Source of the DNA: an uncultured Nitrospiraceae bacterium
GTDB taxonomy: Bacteria; Nitrospirota; Nitrospiria; Nitrospirales; Nitrospiraceae
DNA: 64,000 nt
Assembly: GCA_963706325.1 (NCBI GenBank)
Contig: CAVPLT010000001.1
Location: forward strand, 1,088,001 to 1,152,000
Direction: 5' to 3'
The translations under genes and the position numbers were made by a program. Position 1 is the first letter of the stretch; each line of letters starts with the position of its first letter. Of this stretch, positions 1 to 10,048 are shown piece after piece. The notes under the pieces were generated by a model. That model saw nothing but the letters and a program-made list of their open reading frames with translations. It searched no databases and was not told the origin of the DNA.

Positions 1-124
1 GGATGCTGAAACGGGCCCCCAACTTCGTTCTCGGTCGATCGTCTGCCTCAACGTGCAGAACTGAGCACGCCTCGGCGACCGATCTTCCCTGCGGCCTTAT
101 TGGCTGGCCCGTTTGAGCATCCTG
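1..124. repeat. ~120 bp palindromic intergenic repeat (MITE/REP-like), possibly clipped at the window start
   Basis: Terminal inverted repeat GGATGCTGAAACGGGCC (1-17) / GGCCCGTTTGAGCATCC (106-122), 16 of 17 complementary. Nested stems TCGGTCG (31-37)/CGACCGA (76-82) and CGTGC (52-56)/GCACG (65-69). Related copies occur elsewhere in the window. Confidence 0.7.
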
Positions 125-148
125 GGAAGAGTTCAAATCCTGTTTTCC

Positions 149-1168
149 ATGAAAAATCTCCTCGTTCTCCTCTTTCTTGTCGAGCTCTATCTCGGCGGGT
201 GCAGTGGGTCTGACCCGATCGTCGTCATTGAGCTGCACCCCACGAATCCCGACATCCTCTACATTGCGACCAATGACTACATTTACAAAACGCGTGATGG
301 GGGGAAGACGTGGACGAATCTTTCGAAAGGAATGAGCTATTCGCGTGTGATCTCGATGGCGATTGATCCTCTCTATCCCGCAACGATCTATGCCGGCACG
401 AAAGGCGACGCCGTCTACAAAAGTTACGACGGTGGGCAACGCTGGACGTCACTCCGTGTCGGCTTGGACGACGCCACCATCTCCTCGGTGGTGAACCAAT
501 TTGTCTTCGACCCGGCCGATGCCCAGCATCTCTTTCTGGCGACGACCATGGGCGTCTTCGAAACGAAGAATGCCGGGGAGCGTTGGGTGAAGCGGATGGA
601 GGGCATGAAGGAAGTGCTGATGGTCGTGACGTTGGGCATGGATCCCACCAGGTCGGCGGTGTTGTATGCCGGCACCAGTGGCGGTGTCTACAAATCGACC
701 AACCAAGGGGCGCATTGGCAGCAAGTGAATGAGGGCCTGGTGCCGGCAGACATGGTGAAGACATCGCGGGCGTTGAGTGTCACGTCGGTGCAGGTCGATC
801 CATCTGCGCCCGAGACGGTCTATGCCGCAACGCTGGCCGGTCTTTTCAAGACTACAAATGGTGCAGCTTCATGGGTGCGTGTCGGGGAGTCGCTGCCCGA
901 TCAAATGATCGTCGCCATGGTGCTTGATCGCGCACGCGCGGGCGTTCTTTACGTGGCGGCCAGGGATGGGATCCATCGGAGCGAGGATGGCGGGAAGACC
1001 TGGGTTGTGCTGAATGACGGGCTATCGACCACTAACATCCGATCACTTGCGCAGAGCCCGATCGATCCCAATCTGTTCTATGCCGGAACCAATGGGAGCG
1101 GTTTGTACCGAAGTGTGGACGGGGGCATGCATTGGGAGGCGCGTCCTTCGATTTTCCCAAAAGAATAG
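149..1168 (+). CDS. BNR/Asp-box repeat beta-propeller lipoprotein (YCF48/sortilin-like)
   Basis: Repeated (S/T)xDGGxxW Asp-boxes. Hydrophobic N-terminus with lipobox LGGC after the ATG at 149. Confidence 0.8.
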   Translation: MKNLLVLLFLVELYLGGCSGSDPIVVIELHPTNPDILYIATNDYIYKTRDGGKTWTNLSKGMSYSRVISMAIDPLYPATIYAGTKGDAVYKSYDGGQRWTSLRVGLDDATISSVVNQFVFDPADAQHLFLATTMGVFETKNAGERWVKRMEGMKEVLMVVTLGMDPTRSAVLYAGTSGGVYKSTNQGAHWQQVNEGLVPADMVKTSRALSVTSVQVDPSAPETVYAATLAGLFKTTNGAASWVRVGESLPDQMIVAMVLDRARAGVLYVAARDGIHRSEDGGKTWVVLNDGLSTTNIRSLAQSPIDPNLFYAGTNGSGLYRSVDGGMHWEARPSIFPKE

Positions 1169-1193
1169 GCGGCCTCGTAATTGAGGGAGAAGA

Positions 1194-2324
1194 CTATCGG
1201 CGGGATTGGTTGTTCAGCGATGAGTCGCCGATTGACGGGCCGACTCCCCGCATCTGCACCGAAGACGGGCTCTCTGCATTTTCAGAACCATTGATTTCAA
1301 ATCCAAACGCGTTCGGCAACGTGGTGTCCTGCGTGCGGGGGCCGACCCGGTCCGACAAATTGCTGTCTTTAAGGTCTTCTCCCCGTCGTGGGCGCAACGA
1401 TTCATTGACGTTGCTGTAAGGCGAAACGGTCGCCCCAATATCGGCGCCAAAGCTAGGATTGAGGGAGCGATTCAGATTCGTGTTTTCAATGTCTCCGCCG
1501 ATCCTTGTCGGAATCGTCGTGTCTTGAATGTCCATGCCTGTAGGCGCTGATGCCGGAGGTCTTTTGGCTCGAAGGTCACGAGTAATGCCTTCTCGCTCTT
1601 CATGGATGCGTCGTTCTTCCCTCCCGCGCTGTTCATAGTCCAGGGTGTTCAGTTTCTCGGATCGGTCGCCCAATTCCTTTAGTCGAGTCCGGACTTTCAT
1701 GAGATTGTCGCGCGCGGTGGCGACGGTGCCCACGATTTCACTGAGCGTCCATTGGCGCGCGAAGGTGCCGAGTTTAGGTGATTGTCCTGGTCCCCCGCCC
1801 AGTCCATCTGCGCCACTACCGATTCCGAAACCCGCGCTGTTGTAGATACCTTTTTGTTGGACCGACATGAGAATATGATTGGACTGGTCTGACAACTCGT
1901 CGAGTCGCTCGAGCGAATCAAAATCGCCGGCGCAACAGTCGAGAAATTCGCGGTACTCTCGCGAGAATTTTGACGCCTCATTTTGAATGTCGATGATTTT
2001 CAAGGGTCCTTTTTGCGTTGACTCCTCGTGGCTAGCCTGATTGAGTTGATCTGGTTTCTTAGCGTCGCGTTCCACATCGTACAGGGGCGAGCAGCCACGA
2101 TCAGGAGTGGCGGTAATTTGCTTGTCGGCCCCACGATTCGGACACCAATAAATCTTGCCGGGCTGATTTAACGGATTATCCGTTCTAAACTCACCCGCTT
2201 GCGCGGTGGGCCAGGGCGCAACGATGAGCAGACCGGTGAGCAGCGTGACCCCGATATTGAGAGGATGGATGTATATCCCAGGCATCATGAATTTCATGAT
2301 GCGCTGGGGATGAAATTGTGTCAA
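1194..2324 (-). CDS. Hypothetical exported protein with coiled-coil middle and C-terminal ~13-aa repeats
   Basis: 376-aa ORF with a signal-peptide-like segment ending TAQA. The true start is probably one of the Met codons near 2287-2299. Confidence 0.65.
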   Translation of the reverse strand: MTQFHPQRIMKFMMPGIYIHPLNIGVTLLTGLLIVAPWPTAQAGEFRTDNPLNQPGKIYWCPNRGADKQITATPDRGCSPLYDVERDAKKPDQLNQASHEESTQKGPLKIIDIQNEASKFSREYREFLDCCAGDFDSLERLDELSDQSNHILMSVQQKGIYNSAGFGIGSGADGLGGGPGQSPKLGTFARQWTLSEIVGTVATARDNLMKVRTRLKELGDRSEKLNTLDYEQRGREERRIHEEREGITRDLRAKRPPASAPTGMDIQDTTIPTRIGGDIENTNLNRSLNPSFGADIGATVSPYSNVNESLRPRRGEDLKDSNLSDRVGPRTQDTTLPNAFGFEINGSENAESPSSVQMRGVGPSIGDSSLNNQSRR

Positions 2325-2765
2325 TCAAAGGCAAAATTGTGACGACAAACGAAGCCGGCGTCGTTCGCGCTTTAATTCTATATGCAGGAACGTTCAAGGA
2401 TCGAGCTGGGGGGGACTTTCGCTGAGTAAACTGGTACGGCCTATCATTCGTTGGCTGTGTCGAGGATATTTAGCACCATTTTCAATCATGAGCATCATCC
2501 TAGCTTGTCGGGAAATGATGAGCACGACCCCGGGCAGTTCGGTATCCGTAGGCAAAAGGAAAAAGATGCGCATAGCCTAAACGGAGTCATCGTCAATCTG
2601 GGTTATGTAGGGAAGTAGGTGGTAAACACATTTAATGCCCAGGTCTTGTGGATAGTTTTCCTCTCGCGCATCCTACCCGAAGTGTCCAGCCCTCTCTTTG
2701 ATTTTTACTCAGAAAAAATCTCCTCGGGACTAGTTTGGCCTCAGAAACGTCGCGAGGTGGGTTAG

Positions 2766-2797
2766 TTTCCCACAGTGTTATCCACAATTGTGGATAA
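2766..2797. promoter_or_regulatory. DnaA-box cluster upstream of the dcw operon
   Basis: Perfect TTATCCACA (2778-2786) and inverted TGTGGATAA (2789-2797). Near matches TTTCCCACA (2766-2774) and TGTGGATAG (2647-2655). Confidence 0.75.
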
Positions 2798-2874
2798 AAT
2801 AGTCGGTCTTGCCCACGCACCAATTTGTGCAGGAAAGTCGCAACAATATTCTTGATAACTAGGGGGTAAATCTG

Positions 2875-2902
2875 TTGACAGCCATTTGGTTGAGTGTATA
2901 CT
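2875..2902 (+). promoter_or_regulatory. Sigma70-type promoter of the dcw operon
   Basis: TTGACA (2875-2880), 16-nt spacer, TATACT (2897-2902), about 40 nt upstream of the rsmH ATG. Confidence 0.7.
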
Positions 2903-2913
2903 CCAGCCGAAGA

Positions 2914-2938
2914 GTGGGATGAAGTGGGTGGAAATGGA
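2914..2938 (+). promoter_or_regulatory. MraZ-type operator (GTGGG repeats at 10-bp period)
   Basis: GTGGG at 2914 and 2924 and ATGGA at 2934, immediately downstream of the dcw promoter. Confidence 0.6.
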
Positions 2939-2941
2939 TAT

Positions 2942-3865
2942 ATGAGTTCTGCTCACGATTCCCATGTGCCGGTTTTAGTCGAAGAAATTATGTTCTGGCT
3001 CCAATGCAAACCCGGCGGAGTATACGTGGACTGCACTATCGGATATGCAGGGCTGGCTTCTCGCATCCTCGATCGTACTGCTCCAGATGGCATCCTTGTG
3101 GGAATTGATCGCGACGCAGCCGCGCTCGCATCGGCGCCTATGCGTCTGGGGACTGACAGCTCGCGTGCGCGCTTGCGACATGGAAATTTTAGCGAGCTCA
3201 AGGCGCATGTTGCCGCGTGCGGGATGCAGCAGATCAATGGCGTGATCTTTGACCTTGGCGTGTCCTCCCCTCAACTCGATCGTGCGGAGCGTGGATTTAG
3301 CTTTCGGGAAGATGGCCCGTTGGATATGCGCATGGATCAAAGTGAGGGGCGCACGGCGGCGGACTTCGTTCGTGATCTGCCCGAAACAGAATTGGCTGAC
3401 CTGATCTACAACCTCGGTGAAGAGCGGTATTCACGAAGGATTGCTCGCGCGATTGTGCAGGCAAGGGCACAGAGCGCGATCGATACGACCTGGAGATTAG
3501 CGGCTGTGGTGGAGCAGGCCGTGCCGACTTCATACCGGTACGGGCGGATTCATTGTGCCACGCGTACTTTTCAGGCATTACGGATTGCCGTGAATCGGGA
3601 GTTGGATGTGCTCGAACCGGCGTTTCGGGATGCTGTCGATATTCTGGCTCCGGGTGGGCGCGTCTGTGTCGTGTCGTTTCATTCGCTTGAGGACAGAATC
3701 GTGAAACATACGTTTCGGGCGCTGGCAAGCGGTCCCGAAACTTCGCTGAGACTGCTGACGAAGAAGCCGATCATCGCCTCGGAAAACGAGCGTAACCGAA
3801 ATCCCCGCTCACGAAGCGCGAAGTTGCGCGTCGCAGAACGGATATCCAAGGAGTGTATGCAATGA
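2942..3865 (+). CDS. rsmH: 16S rRNA m4C1402 methyltransferase
   Basis: HVPVL, VDCTIGYAG, DLGVSSPQLD, RGFSF, SFHSLEDRIVK and NPRSRSAKLR motifs; first gene of the dcw cluster. Confidence 0.97.
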   Translation: MSSAHDSHVPVLVEEIMFWLQCKPGGVYVDCTIGYAGLASRILDRTAPDGILVGIDRDAAALASAPMRLGTDSSRARLRHGNFSELKAHVAACGMQQINGVIFDLGVSSPQLDRAERGFSFREDGPLDMRMDQSEGRTAADFVRDLPETELADLIYNLGEERYSRRIARAIVQARAQSAIDTTWRLAAVVEQAVPTSYRYGRIHCATRTFQALRIAVNRELDVLEPAFRDAVDILAPGGRVCVVSFHSLEDRIVKHTFRALASGPETSLRLLTKKPIIASENERNRNPRSRSAKLRVAERISKECMQ

Positions 3866-4194
3866 AAGCCGTTGCGTTTGCTGCGGTCACGTCGCTGGTA
3901 TTACTCTTCGTGTGGGAGCGGGTGGACATCGTTCGCATCGGCTACCATATCGAGCGGCTCAAAACGCAGAAGGTTCTCCTTGAGCGTGAACGCGACGAAT
4001 TGCGCGTCAAAGTGTCGAGCTTCACGGCGCCTGAGCGAATCGCCCGGTTGGCTACTGACAAATTAGGGATGATGCAGCCGGAAAAAGGTCAAGTTGTCGT
4101 GATCAATCTCGAGCCGGAACTGCCCTCGAATCCGATTGTCGCCGAGGGTGAGATGCGCATTGCCAAAAATATGGTGACACGGAGATCGCGGTAG
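3862..4194 (+). CDS. ftsL: Cell division protein FtsL
   Basis: One TM helix, a leucine-zipper coiled coil and PERIARLA..KLGM; lies between rsmH and ftsI with an ATGA overlap. Confidence 0.88.
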   Translation: MKAVAFAAVTSLVLLFVWERVDIVRIGYHIERLKTQKVLLERERDELRVKVSSFTAPERIARLATDKLGMMQPEKGQVVVINLEPELPSNPIVAEGEMRIAKNMVTRRSR

Positions 4195-5906
4195 TGGCTA
4201 TGGCACCCTTTCGGGGCCGACGTATTGTGGTGGCCTGCGGCCTGGTGGCGGCTTTTACCCTTGTCATTGTCCGCCTGGTGAATCTCCAAATATTGCAAGC
4301 GGCGGAATTGACGGTCAAGGCGGATCGGCAACATCAGAAGAACGTGATGCTGGAGGGAGCTCGAGGCACAATCTACGACCGAAATAGCAAAGTGTTGGCG
4401 ATGAATATGGATGTGCCGTCCGTGTTCGGAGTGCCAACATCGCTGGGGAATCCCGGCTTGACGGCGCGAAATCTTTCGCCGATTTTGCATGTGAAGGCGA
4501 CAGAAATCGAGAAGAAGCTTAAGCAGGATAAGCATTTTGTGTGGCTCGCGAGAAAGTTGGAGCCGGAACAAGGGCGAAGGCTTGAACGACTGTCCCTCGA
4601 CGGCGTAGGGGTCGTCATGGAAGGCCGCCGGTTCTACCCCAAAGGGCCCTTGCTGTCTCATGTGTTGGGCTTCGCTGGAATGGACGATCGAGGGCTGGAA
4701 GGTGTGGAGTTACGATATGAGCAGTACTTAAGGGGCGAGAAGCGGAGGGTGGTATTACAGCGAGATGCGCTGGGGCGAGCCGTTTTCCCTAAGGGCCTGA
4801 ATGAAGAAGGCGCGGCCGGAGGGCACAGCCTCACGCTCACCGTAGACGAAGTGATTCAGTACATAGCCGAGAAAGAACTGGACGACGCGGTCAGTCGATC
4901 CAATGCAAAGTCCGGCACGATCATCGTGATGAATCCTAGAACCGGGGCAGTGTTAGCGATGGCTGTCAGTCCGCGGTTCGACCCCAATGCAGTGGCTGCG
5001 TTGGCGCCTGACCGCTGGCGCAACCGCGCGCTGACGGATATCTATGAACCTGGCTCGACGATGAAGACTGTAATCGCGGCGGCGGCGCTGGAAGAGAAAG
5101 TGATGACGCCCGGGAGTATGCTCTATGGAGAAAACGGGCAGTTGTCGATCGCCAACACGGTTATCCACGATCACGAGAAGACGGGATGGATGACCTTTGC
5201 CCAGATGATTCAAAAGTCGAGTAATATCGGCGCGGCAAAGGTGGGAATGGCGCTTGGCGAGTGGCGGATGTACGACTATCTGAAGGAATTTGGATTTGGG
5301 GATAAAACCGGTATCGATTTGCCCGGCGAAATGGGTGGGCTGTTGCGGGGACCGCGCCAATGGGGCAAGCGTTCTCTGGCCTCCATCTCAATGGGACAGG
5401 AAATAGGGGTGACTCCGCTTCAAATGGTCACGGCAGTGTCGGCCATTGCCAACGGAGGGGTCCTCATGAAGCCTTATATGGTCTCGGAGATTCGGAACGC
5501 CAAAGGGCAATTGGTGGGGCAAACCATGCCGCAAGCAAAGCGACGCATCATCTCCACGGATACCGCCAGAACTATGACGACACTTTTGGAAGGGGTCGTG
5601 ACAAATGGAACCGGCGGCAAAGCGGCGATCCCCGGTTATCGCGTAGCCGGAAAGACCGGCACCGCGCAAAAGGTGGATCCCCGCAGCGGCAAATATTCCT
5701 CCACGCTCCTCGTGGGTTCTTTCCTCGGGTATGTTCCCGCGGAGGATCCCCGCTTGGCGATGATCGTGCTGATAGATGAGCCGCGCGGAGAGGGATGGGG
5801 CGGCGTTGTGGCTGCCCCGGTGTTCCGGCGCGTTGGCGAGCAGGTCCTCAATTATCTGGGCGTGGCGGTGGATGAGCCCGTGAAGTTGGCCATGGCCGGC
5901 TTTTAA
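4194..5906 (+). CDS. ftsI: Septal peptidoglycan transpeptidase PBP3
   Basis: RGTIYDRN, YEPGSTMK (SxxK), SSN and KTGTAQK motifs. Confidence 0.95.
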   Translation: MAMAPFRGRRIVVACGLVAAFTLVIVRLVNLQILQAAELTVKADRQHQKNVMLEGARGTIYDRNSKVLAMNMDVPSVFGVPTSLGNPGLTARNLSPILHVKATEIEKKLKQDKHFVWLARKLEPEQGRRLERLSLDGVGVVMEGRRFYPKGPLLSHVLGFAGMDDRGLEGVELRYEQYLRGEKRRVVLQRDALGRAVFPKGLNEEGAAGGHSLTLTVDEVIQYIAEKELDDAVSRSNAKSGTIIVMNPRTGAVLAMAVSPRFDPNAVAALAPDRWRNRALTDIYEPGSTMKTVIAAAALEEKVMTPGSMLYGENGQLSIANTVIHDHEKTGWMTFAQMIQKSSNIGAAKVGMALGEWRMYDYLKEFGFGDKTGIDLPGEMGGLLRGPRQWGKRSLASISMGQEIGVTPLQMVTAVSAIANGGVLMKPYMVSEIRNAKGQLVGQTMPQAKRRIISTDTARTMTTLLEGVVTNGTGGKAAIPGYRVAGKTGTAQKVDPRSGKYSSTLLVGSFLGYVPAEDPRLAMIVLIDEPRGEGWGGVVAAPVFRRVGEQVLNYLGVAVDEPVKLAMAGF

Positions 5907-5914
5907 ATCATGAC

Positions 5915-7423
5915 ATGACACTTGATGAATTGATCGGCCCTATCCAGGGGCGTCTCAAAGTGCTGGAACGGATCGGAGACCAGCGCGTGACCATCACCAG
6001 CCTCACCGACGATTCTCGGAAGGTGGAACCAGGATCACTCTTCGTGGCCGTAAAGGGAGAGCGGGTCGATGGACATGATTTTCTGAGATCTGTCTTGGCT
6101 GCAGGAGCGGCCGCAGTGGTCATGGAGCAGCGGGTGCCAGTCGAACCGATCCCCTCTGTTCGGGTGCGAGATTCGCGCGAGGCCTTGGGGATCCTCGGTA
6201 GCCGGTTCTATCGCGACCCTTCCGTAGCGTTGCGGATGATCGGCGTGACGGGCACCAACGGAAAAACGACGACAACGTATATCGTGAAAGCCATGCTCGA
6301 AGCGGCAGGCCGACGAGTTGGCCTCATCGGGACGGTGGGCTACCTTGTCGGAAAGGAGGTCATCCCGGCCTCCCATACGACACCGGGTGCTTTAGAGCTG
6401 CAGCGCTTGTTTGCGCGGATGGCGGAGGCCAGACTGGATACGTTGGTGATGGAAGTCTCGTCCCATGCGCTGGCTCTCGACCGGACCGCCGGCTCTGAGT
6501 TCGATGTGGCGGTGTTTACGAACCTGACGCAAGATCATCTCGACTTTCACGTCGACATGGAGCGTTATTTCCAGGCGAAGCTCAAACTCTTTGTCGAACT
6601 TGGAGCGTCGGGGGCGACCAAGCCAAATAAGCGAGCCATCATCAATATCGACGACCCCTGGGGGGCGCGGATTCTCCAGGCCTGCGCGGCGCCGGCTTGG
6701 ACCTATGGGTTGCGTCATGAGGCAGACCTGTGTGCGGAAGACGTCGCGCTGTCTGCCGCCGGCACAACCTTTACCCTGCGCAGCCCTTTCGGAAGCTGTG
6801 CCATCCAGAGCCGTTTGGTTGGGGAGCACAATGTCTCTAATCTTCTAGCCGCCATCGGCGTGGTGCTGCAGGAAGGCCTGACGTTGGACCAAGTCCGCTC
6901 TGCCGTCGGCGCGGTCTCTACTGTGCCGGGACGGTTCGAGCTGGTCGAGGCCGGTCAGGATTTCACGGTGGTCGTGGACTATGCGCACACCGAAGACGCC
7001 TTGGTTCGATTGCTGACGGCGGCGCAGGCGCTTCGCAGGGGTCGAATTATCACCGTCTTTGGATGCGGTGGCGATCGAGATCGTAGCAAGCGCCCAAAGA
7101 TGGGACGAGTCGCCGTGCAGTTGAGCGATGTCGTGGTACTGACCTCCGACAATCCGCGAACCGAAGATCCCGCTGCCATCCTGCGCGAGGTTGAGGTTGG
7201 AGTGAAGGAAGCGCTCGTTGAGCGTAGCCATGTCCAATACCAGATGATGCCTGATCGTCGCGCTGCCATTGCGGCGGCAATTCAGGAGGCGAAACCCGGA
7301 GACATGGTGTTGATCGCCGGCAAGGGCCACGAGGATTATCAGATCTTGGGAACTACCAAGCATCATTTCGACGATCGTGAAGTCGCGCGTGAAACTATCG
7401 GGACCATCCGGTCTGGTGCCTAG
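5915..7423 (+). CDS. murE: UDP-MurNAc-L-Ala-D-Glu:meso-DAP ligase
   Basis: GVTGTNGKTT, MEVSSH, VDYAHT and AGKGHE motifs; DNPR indicates DAP specificity. Confidence 0.96.
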   Translation: MTLDELIGPIQGRLKVLERIGDQRVTITSLTDDSRKVEPGSLFVAVKGERVDGHDFLRSVLAAGAAAVVMEQRVPVEPIPSVRVRDSREALGILGSRFYRDPSVALRMIGVTGTNGKTTTTYIVKAMLEAAGRRVGLIGTVGYLVGKEVIPASHTTPGALELQRLFARMAEARLDTLVMEVSSHALALDRTAGSEFDVAVFTNLTQDHLDFHVDMERYFQAKLKLFVELGASGATKPNKRAIINIDDPWGARILQACAAPAWTYGLRHEADLCAEDVALSAAGTTFTLRSPFGSCAIQSRLVGEHNVSNLLAAIGVVLQEGLTLDQVRSAVGAVSTVPGRFELVEAGQDFTVVVDYAHTEDALVRLLTAAQALRRGRIITVFGCGGDRDRSKRPKMGRVAVQLSDVVVLTSDNPRTEDPAAILREVEVGVKEALVERSHVQYQMMPDRRAAIAAAIQEAKPGDMVLIAGKGHEDYQILGTTKHHFDDREVARETIGTIRSGA

Positions 7424-7434
7424 GCAAGGAGCGC

Positions 7435-8898
7435 ATGCGCGAGCATGGAAGCCGTGGAGTGATGGCGTTATTCACGGTTGAGGAGATCTGCGAGGTCTTG
7501 AGTGTCAAGGCACCGGCCGGGCTGACCCCGCACGTCCTCAAACAACGGATCCGACGCGTGATAACGGATTCACGGATGGTGCGAAACGGCGATCTCTTCG
7601 TCGCGTTCACAGGTGACCGCCATGACGGTCATGCGTTCGTGACGAACGCGCTGGCTCAGGGAGCGGTCTGCGCCATCGTGCAAGAAGACTATCGTCTGCC
7701 GCAGTCACCGAAACGCGCGGATGTGCCGGTGCTGCTCGGGGTACGAGATACCCTGGAGGCCTATCAACGATTGGCCACTCACTATCGAAACCGTTTTCCA
7801 ATTCCGGTCATTGCCGTTACGGGGAGCAATGGCAAGACGACCACCAAGGAAATGGTGGCCCAGGTGGTCATGCAACGCTGGAAGACGCTCAAAACCGAAG
7901 GCAATCTCAATAATCGCATCGGTGTCCCGCAGACTCTGTTTCAACTTTCGCCGCGCCATCAAGCGGCCGTCATTGAAATGGGCGTGGATCAGCAAGGACA
8001 AACGACACGGTTGTGCGAAATTGCGAAGCCGACCATCGGCCTCATTACCAATATCGGTCCTGATCATTTGGAGTTCTTCGGCAGCATGGAAGGGTCTGCC
8101 CAAGCCAAGGCCGAGTTGTTGGATCATCTGCCGCAGGACGGCGCCGTGGTGTTGAACGCAGATGACGAGTATTTCGATTACCTTGCCGCCCGTGCTCAAT
8201 GCCGCGTGGTGGCGTTCGGTCGTACGCCGAAGGCGGATATTCGTGCCGTCAACATTCGGTCTGATGACAAGGGTGAGACCATTTTTGGCCTCGTCTTGCC
8301 GGGCAAGAGCCGCCATCCGGAGGTGCGCATCCGCACCCAGGGTACTCACAACGTGAGCAATGCGCTCGCGGCCGCCGGGGTCGGCTTTGTTCTGGGTTTG
8401 CCGGGGATGGCCATTGCGGAGGGCTTGGCCAAGTTTCGTCCCGCTGCCATGCGATCTCAGGTCAGCATCTCACATGGAGTGAAAATCATCAATGATTGTT
8501 ACAACGCGAACCCAGCTTCCATGAAGGCGGCTATTCAGCTCCTCGCGGAAATGAGCCAGGGGAAGCGGTCGATTGCGGTACTGGGTGACATGCTCGAGTT
8601 GGGGGCGGGCAGCAAACAATTGCATCGAGAGGTGGGGGCATGTCTTGCCGCCCAAGAGATCGGACAGCTGCTGGCCTGCGGCGTTCTGGGCCGAGAGCTT
8701 GCGGAGGGTGCTCGCGGAGCCGGTATGCCGACCGACAAAATTACGGAATTTCCGGACGCGGTGGCTGCGGGCTCCGCCTTGACCACGATGGTGAGGCAGG
8801 GCGACGTGGTGCTGGTGAAGGCCTCGCGTGGGATGCGTATGGAACAGGTCGTGGAGGCCGTAACCGGGATGCGGCGAGTCGGAACCAAGGCCAGCTGA
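7435..8898 (+). CDS. murF: UDP-MurNAc-tripeptide:D-Ala-D-Ala ligase
   Basis: [28 protein letters not shown] and LVKASRG motifs; the start may be 7462. Confidence 0.95.
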   Translation: MREHGSRGVMALFTVEEICEVLSVKAPAGLTPHVLKQRIRRVITDSRMVRNGDLFVAFTGDRHDGHAFVTNALAQGAVCAIVQEDYRLPQSPKRADVPVLLGVRDTLEAYQRLATHYRNRFPIPVIAVTGSNGKTTTKEMVAQVVMQRWKTLKTEGNLNNRIGVPQTLFQLSPRHQAAVIEMGVDQQGQTTRLCEIAKPTIGLITNIGPDHLEFFGSMEGSAQAKAELLDHLPQDGAVVLNADDEYFDYLAARAQCRVVAFGRTPKADIRAVNIRSDDKGETIFGLVLPGKSRHPEVRIRTQGTHNVSNALAAAGVGFVLGLPGMAIAEGLAKFRPAAMRSQVSISHGVKIINDCYNANPASMKAAIQLLAEMSQGKRSIAVLGDMLELGAGSKQLHREVGACLAAQEIGQLLACGVLGRELAEGARGAGMPTDKITEFPDAVAAGSALTTMVRQGDVVLVKASRGMRMEQVVEAVTGMRRVGTKAS

Positions 8899-8960
8899 GA
8901 TTTAGGACGAGAAGGGAACTGTCGCGCCCGCCGATCGATGGCGGGCACAGATGCCGTAGG

Positions 8961-10037
8961 ATGCTATATAACTGGCTCTATCCACTTCATACGCAATTTT
9001 CTTTTCTGAACGTTTTCCGTTATCAAAGCTTTCGGATCATTTATGCGGCGGTGACAGCGTTTCTCATTGCGTTTGTGATGGCTCCTTGGGTCATTCGTAA
9101 GCTGCAGGAGATCAAGCTGGGCCAGCAGATTCGAGACGACGGGCCGAAACGGCACCTGGCAAAAAGCGGAACGCCGACCATGGGCGGTATTCTCATCATC
9201 TTTGCCGTGGTATTGTCCACGTTGCTCTGGGCCGATATGACCAACCGCTATGTGTGGCTGGTGGTTATCGCGACCGTGGGATTTGGAGCCGTCGGCTTCG
9301 CCGACGACTATCTCAAATTCATCAAGCGGCAATCGAAAGGCCTGTCGGCGACACAAAAGTTTACTTGTCAGATTCTGGTGGCGCTCACCGTCGGCGTGTT
9401 TCTGTATACGCTGCCCAGCTACACAACCAAACTCAGTGTGCCCTTCTTCAAGTTCTTCACGCCGGATCTGGGTTGGTTTTACATCGTGTTCGTCATTCTC
9501 GTCATCGTCGGTAGTTCGAACGCAGTGAATCTAACGGACGGCCTCGATGGGCTGGCCATTGGCCCGGTCATGATCGCCGCGTTGGCCTATACCATCGTCG
9601 CCTATGTGACGGGCAATCGCGTGATGGCAGAATATTTGCTTATTCCCTACATCGAAGGCGCGGGAGAAATCGCCATTTTTACCGGAGCGATCTTAGGGTC
9701 GAGTTTGGGGTTTCTGTGGTTCAACACCTACCCGGCTTCTGTCTTCATGGGCGACGTGGGATCGCTCCCATTGGGAGCCGCGCTTGGAACGGTTGCCGTG
9801 ATCAGCAAACATGAACTCCTGTTGCTGTTGGTCGGCGGAGTTTTTGTCATCGAAGCCTTATCGGTGATCTTACAAGTCGGATCCTACAAATTGCGGGGAA
9901 AGCGCATCTTCAACATGGCTCCGATCCATCACCACTTCGAAATGAAAGGGTGGGACGAACCGAAAGTCGTGGTACGTCTCTGGATCATTGCCATTTTGTT
10001 GGCGCTACTGAGCTTGAGCACGCTCAAACTTCGCTAG
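8961..10037 (+). CDS. mraY: Phospho-N-acetylmuramoyl-pentapeptide transferase
   Basis: [27 protein letters not shown] and APIHHHFE motifs; multi-TM. Confidence 0.97.
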   Translation: MLYNWLYPLHTQFSFLNVFRYQSFRIIYAAVTAFLIAFVMAPWVIRKLQEIKLGQQIRDDGPKRHLAKSGTPTMGGILIIFAVVLSTLLWADMTNRYVWLVVIATVGFGAVGFADDYLKFIKRQSKGLSATQKFTCQILVALTVGVFLYTLPSYTTKLSVPFFKFFTPDLGWFYIVFVILVIVGSSNAVNLTDGLDGLAIGPVMIAALAYTIVAYVTGNRVMAEYLLIPYIEGAGEIAIFTGAILGSSLGFLWFNTYPASVFMGDVGSLPLGAALGTVAVISKHELLLLLVGGVFVIEALSVILQVGSYKLRGKRIFNMAPIHHHFEMKGWDEPKVVVRLWIIAILLALLSLSTLKLR

Positions 10038-10048
10038 TCTGGAGTTTC

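Noticed and set aside
8640..8960. N-terminal extension of mraY
   Set aside because: It overlaps murF in another frame; the typical MraY start MLY is at 8961.
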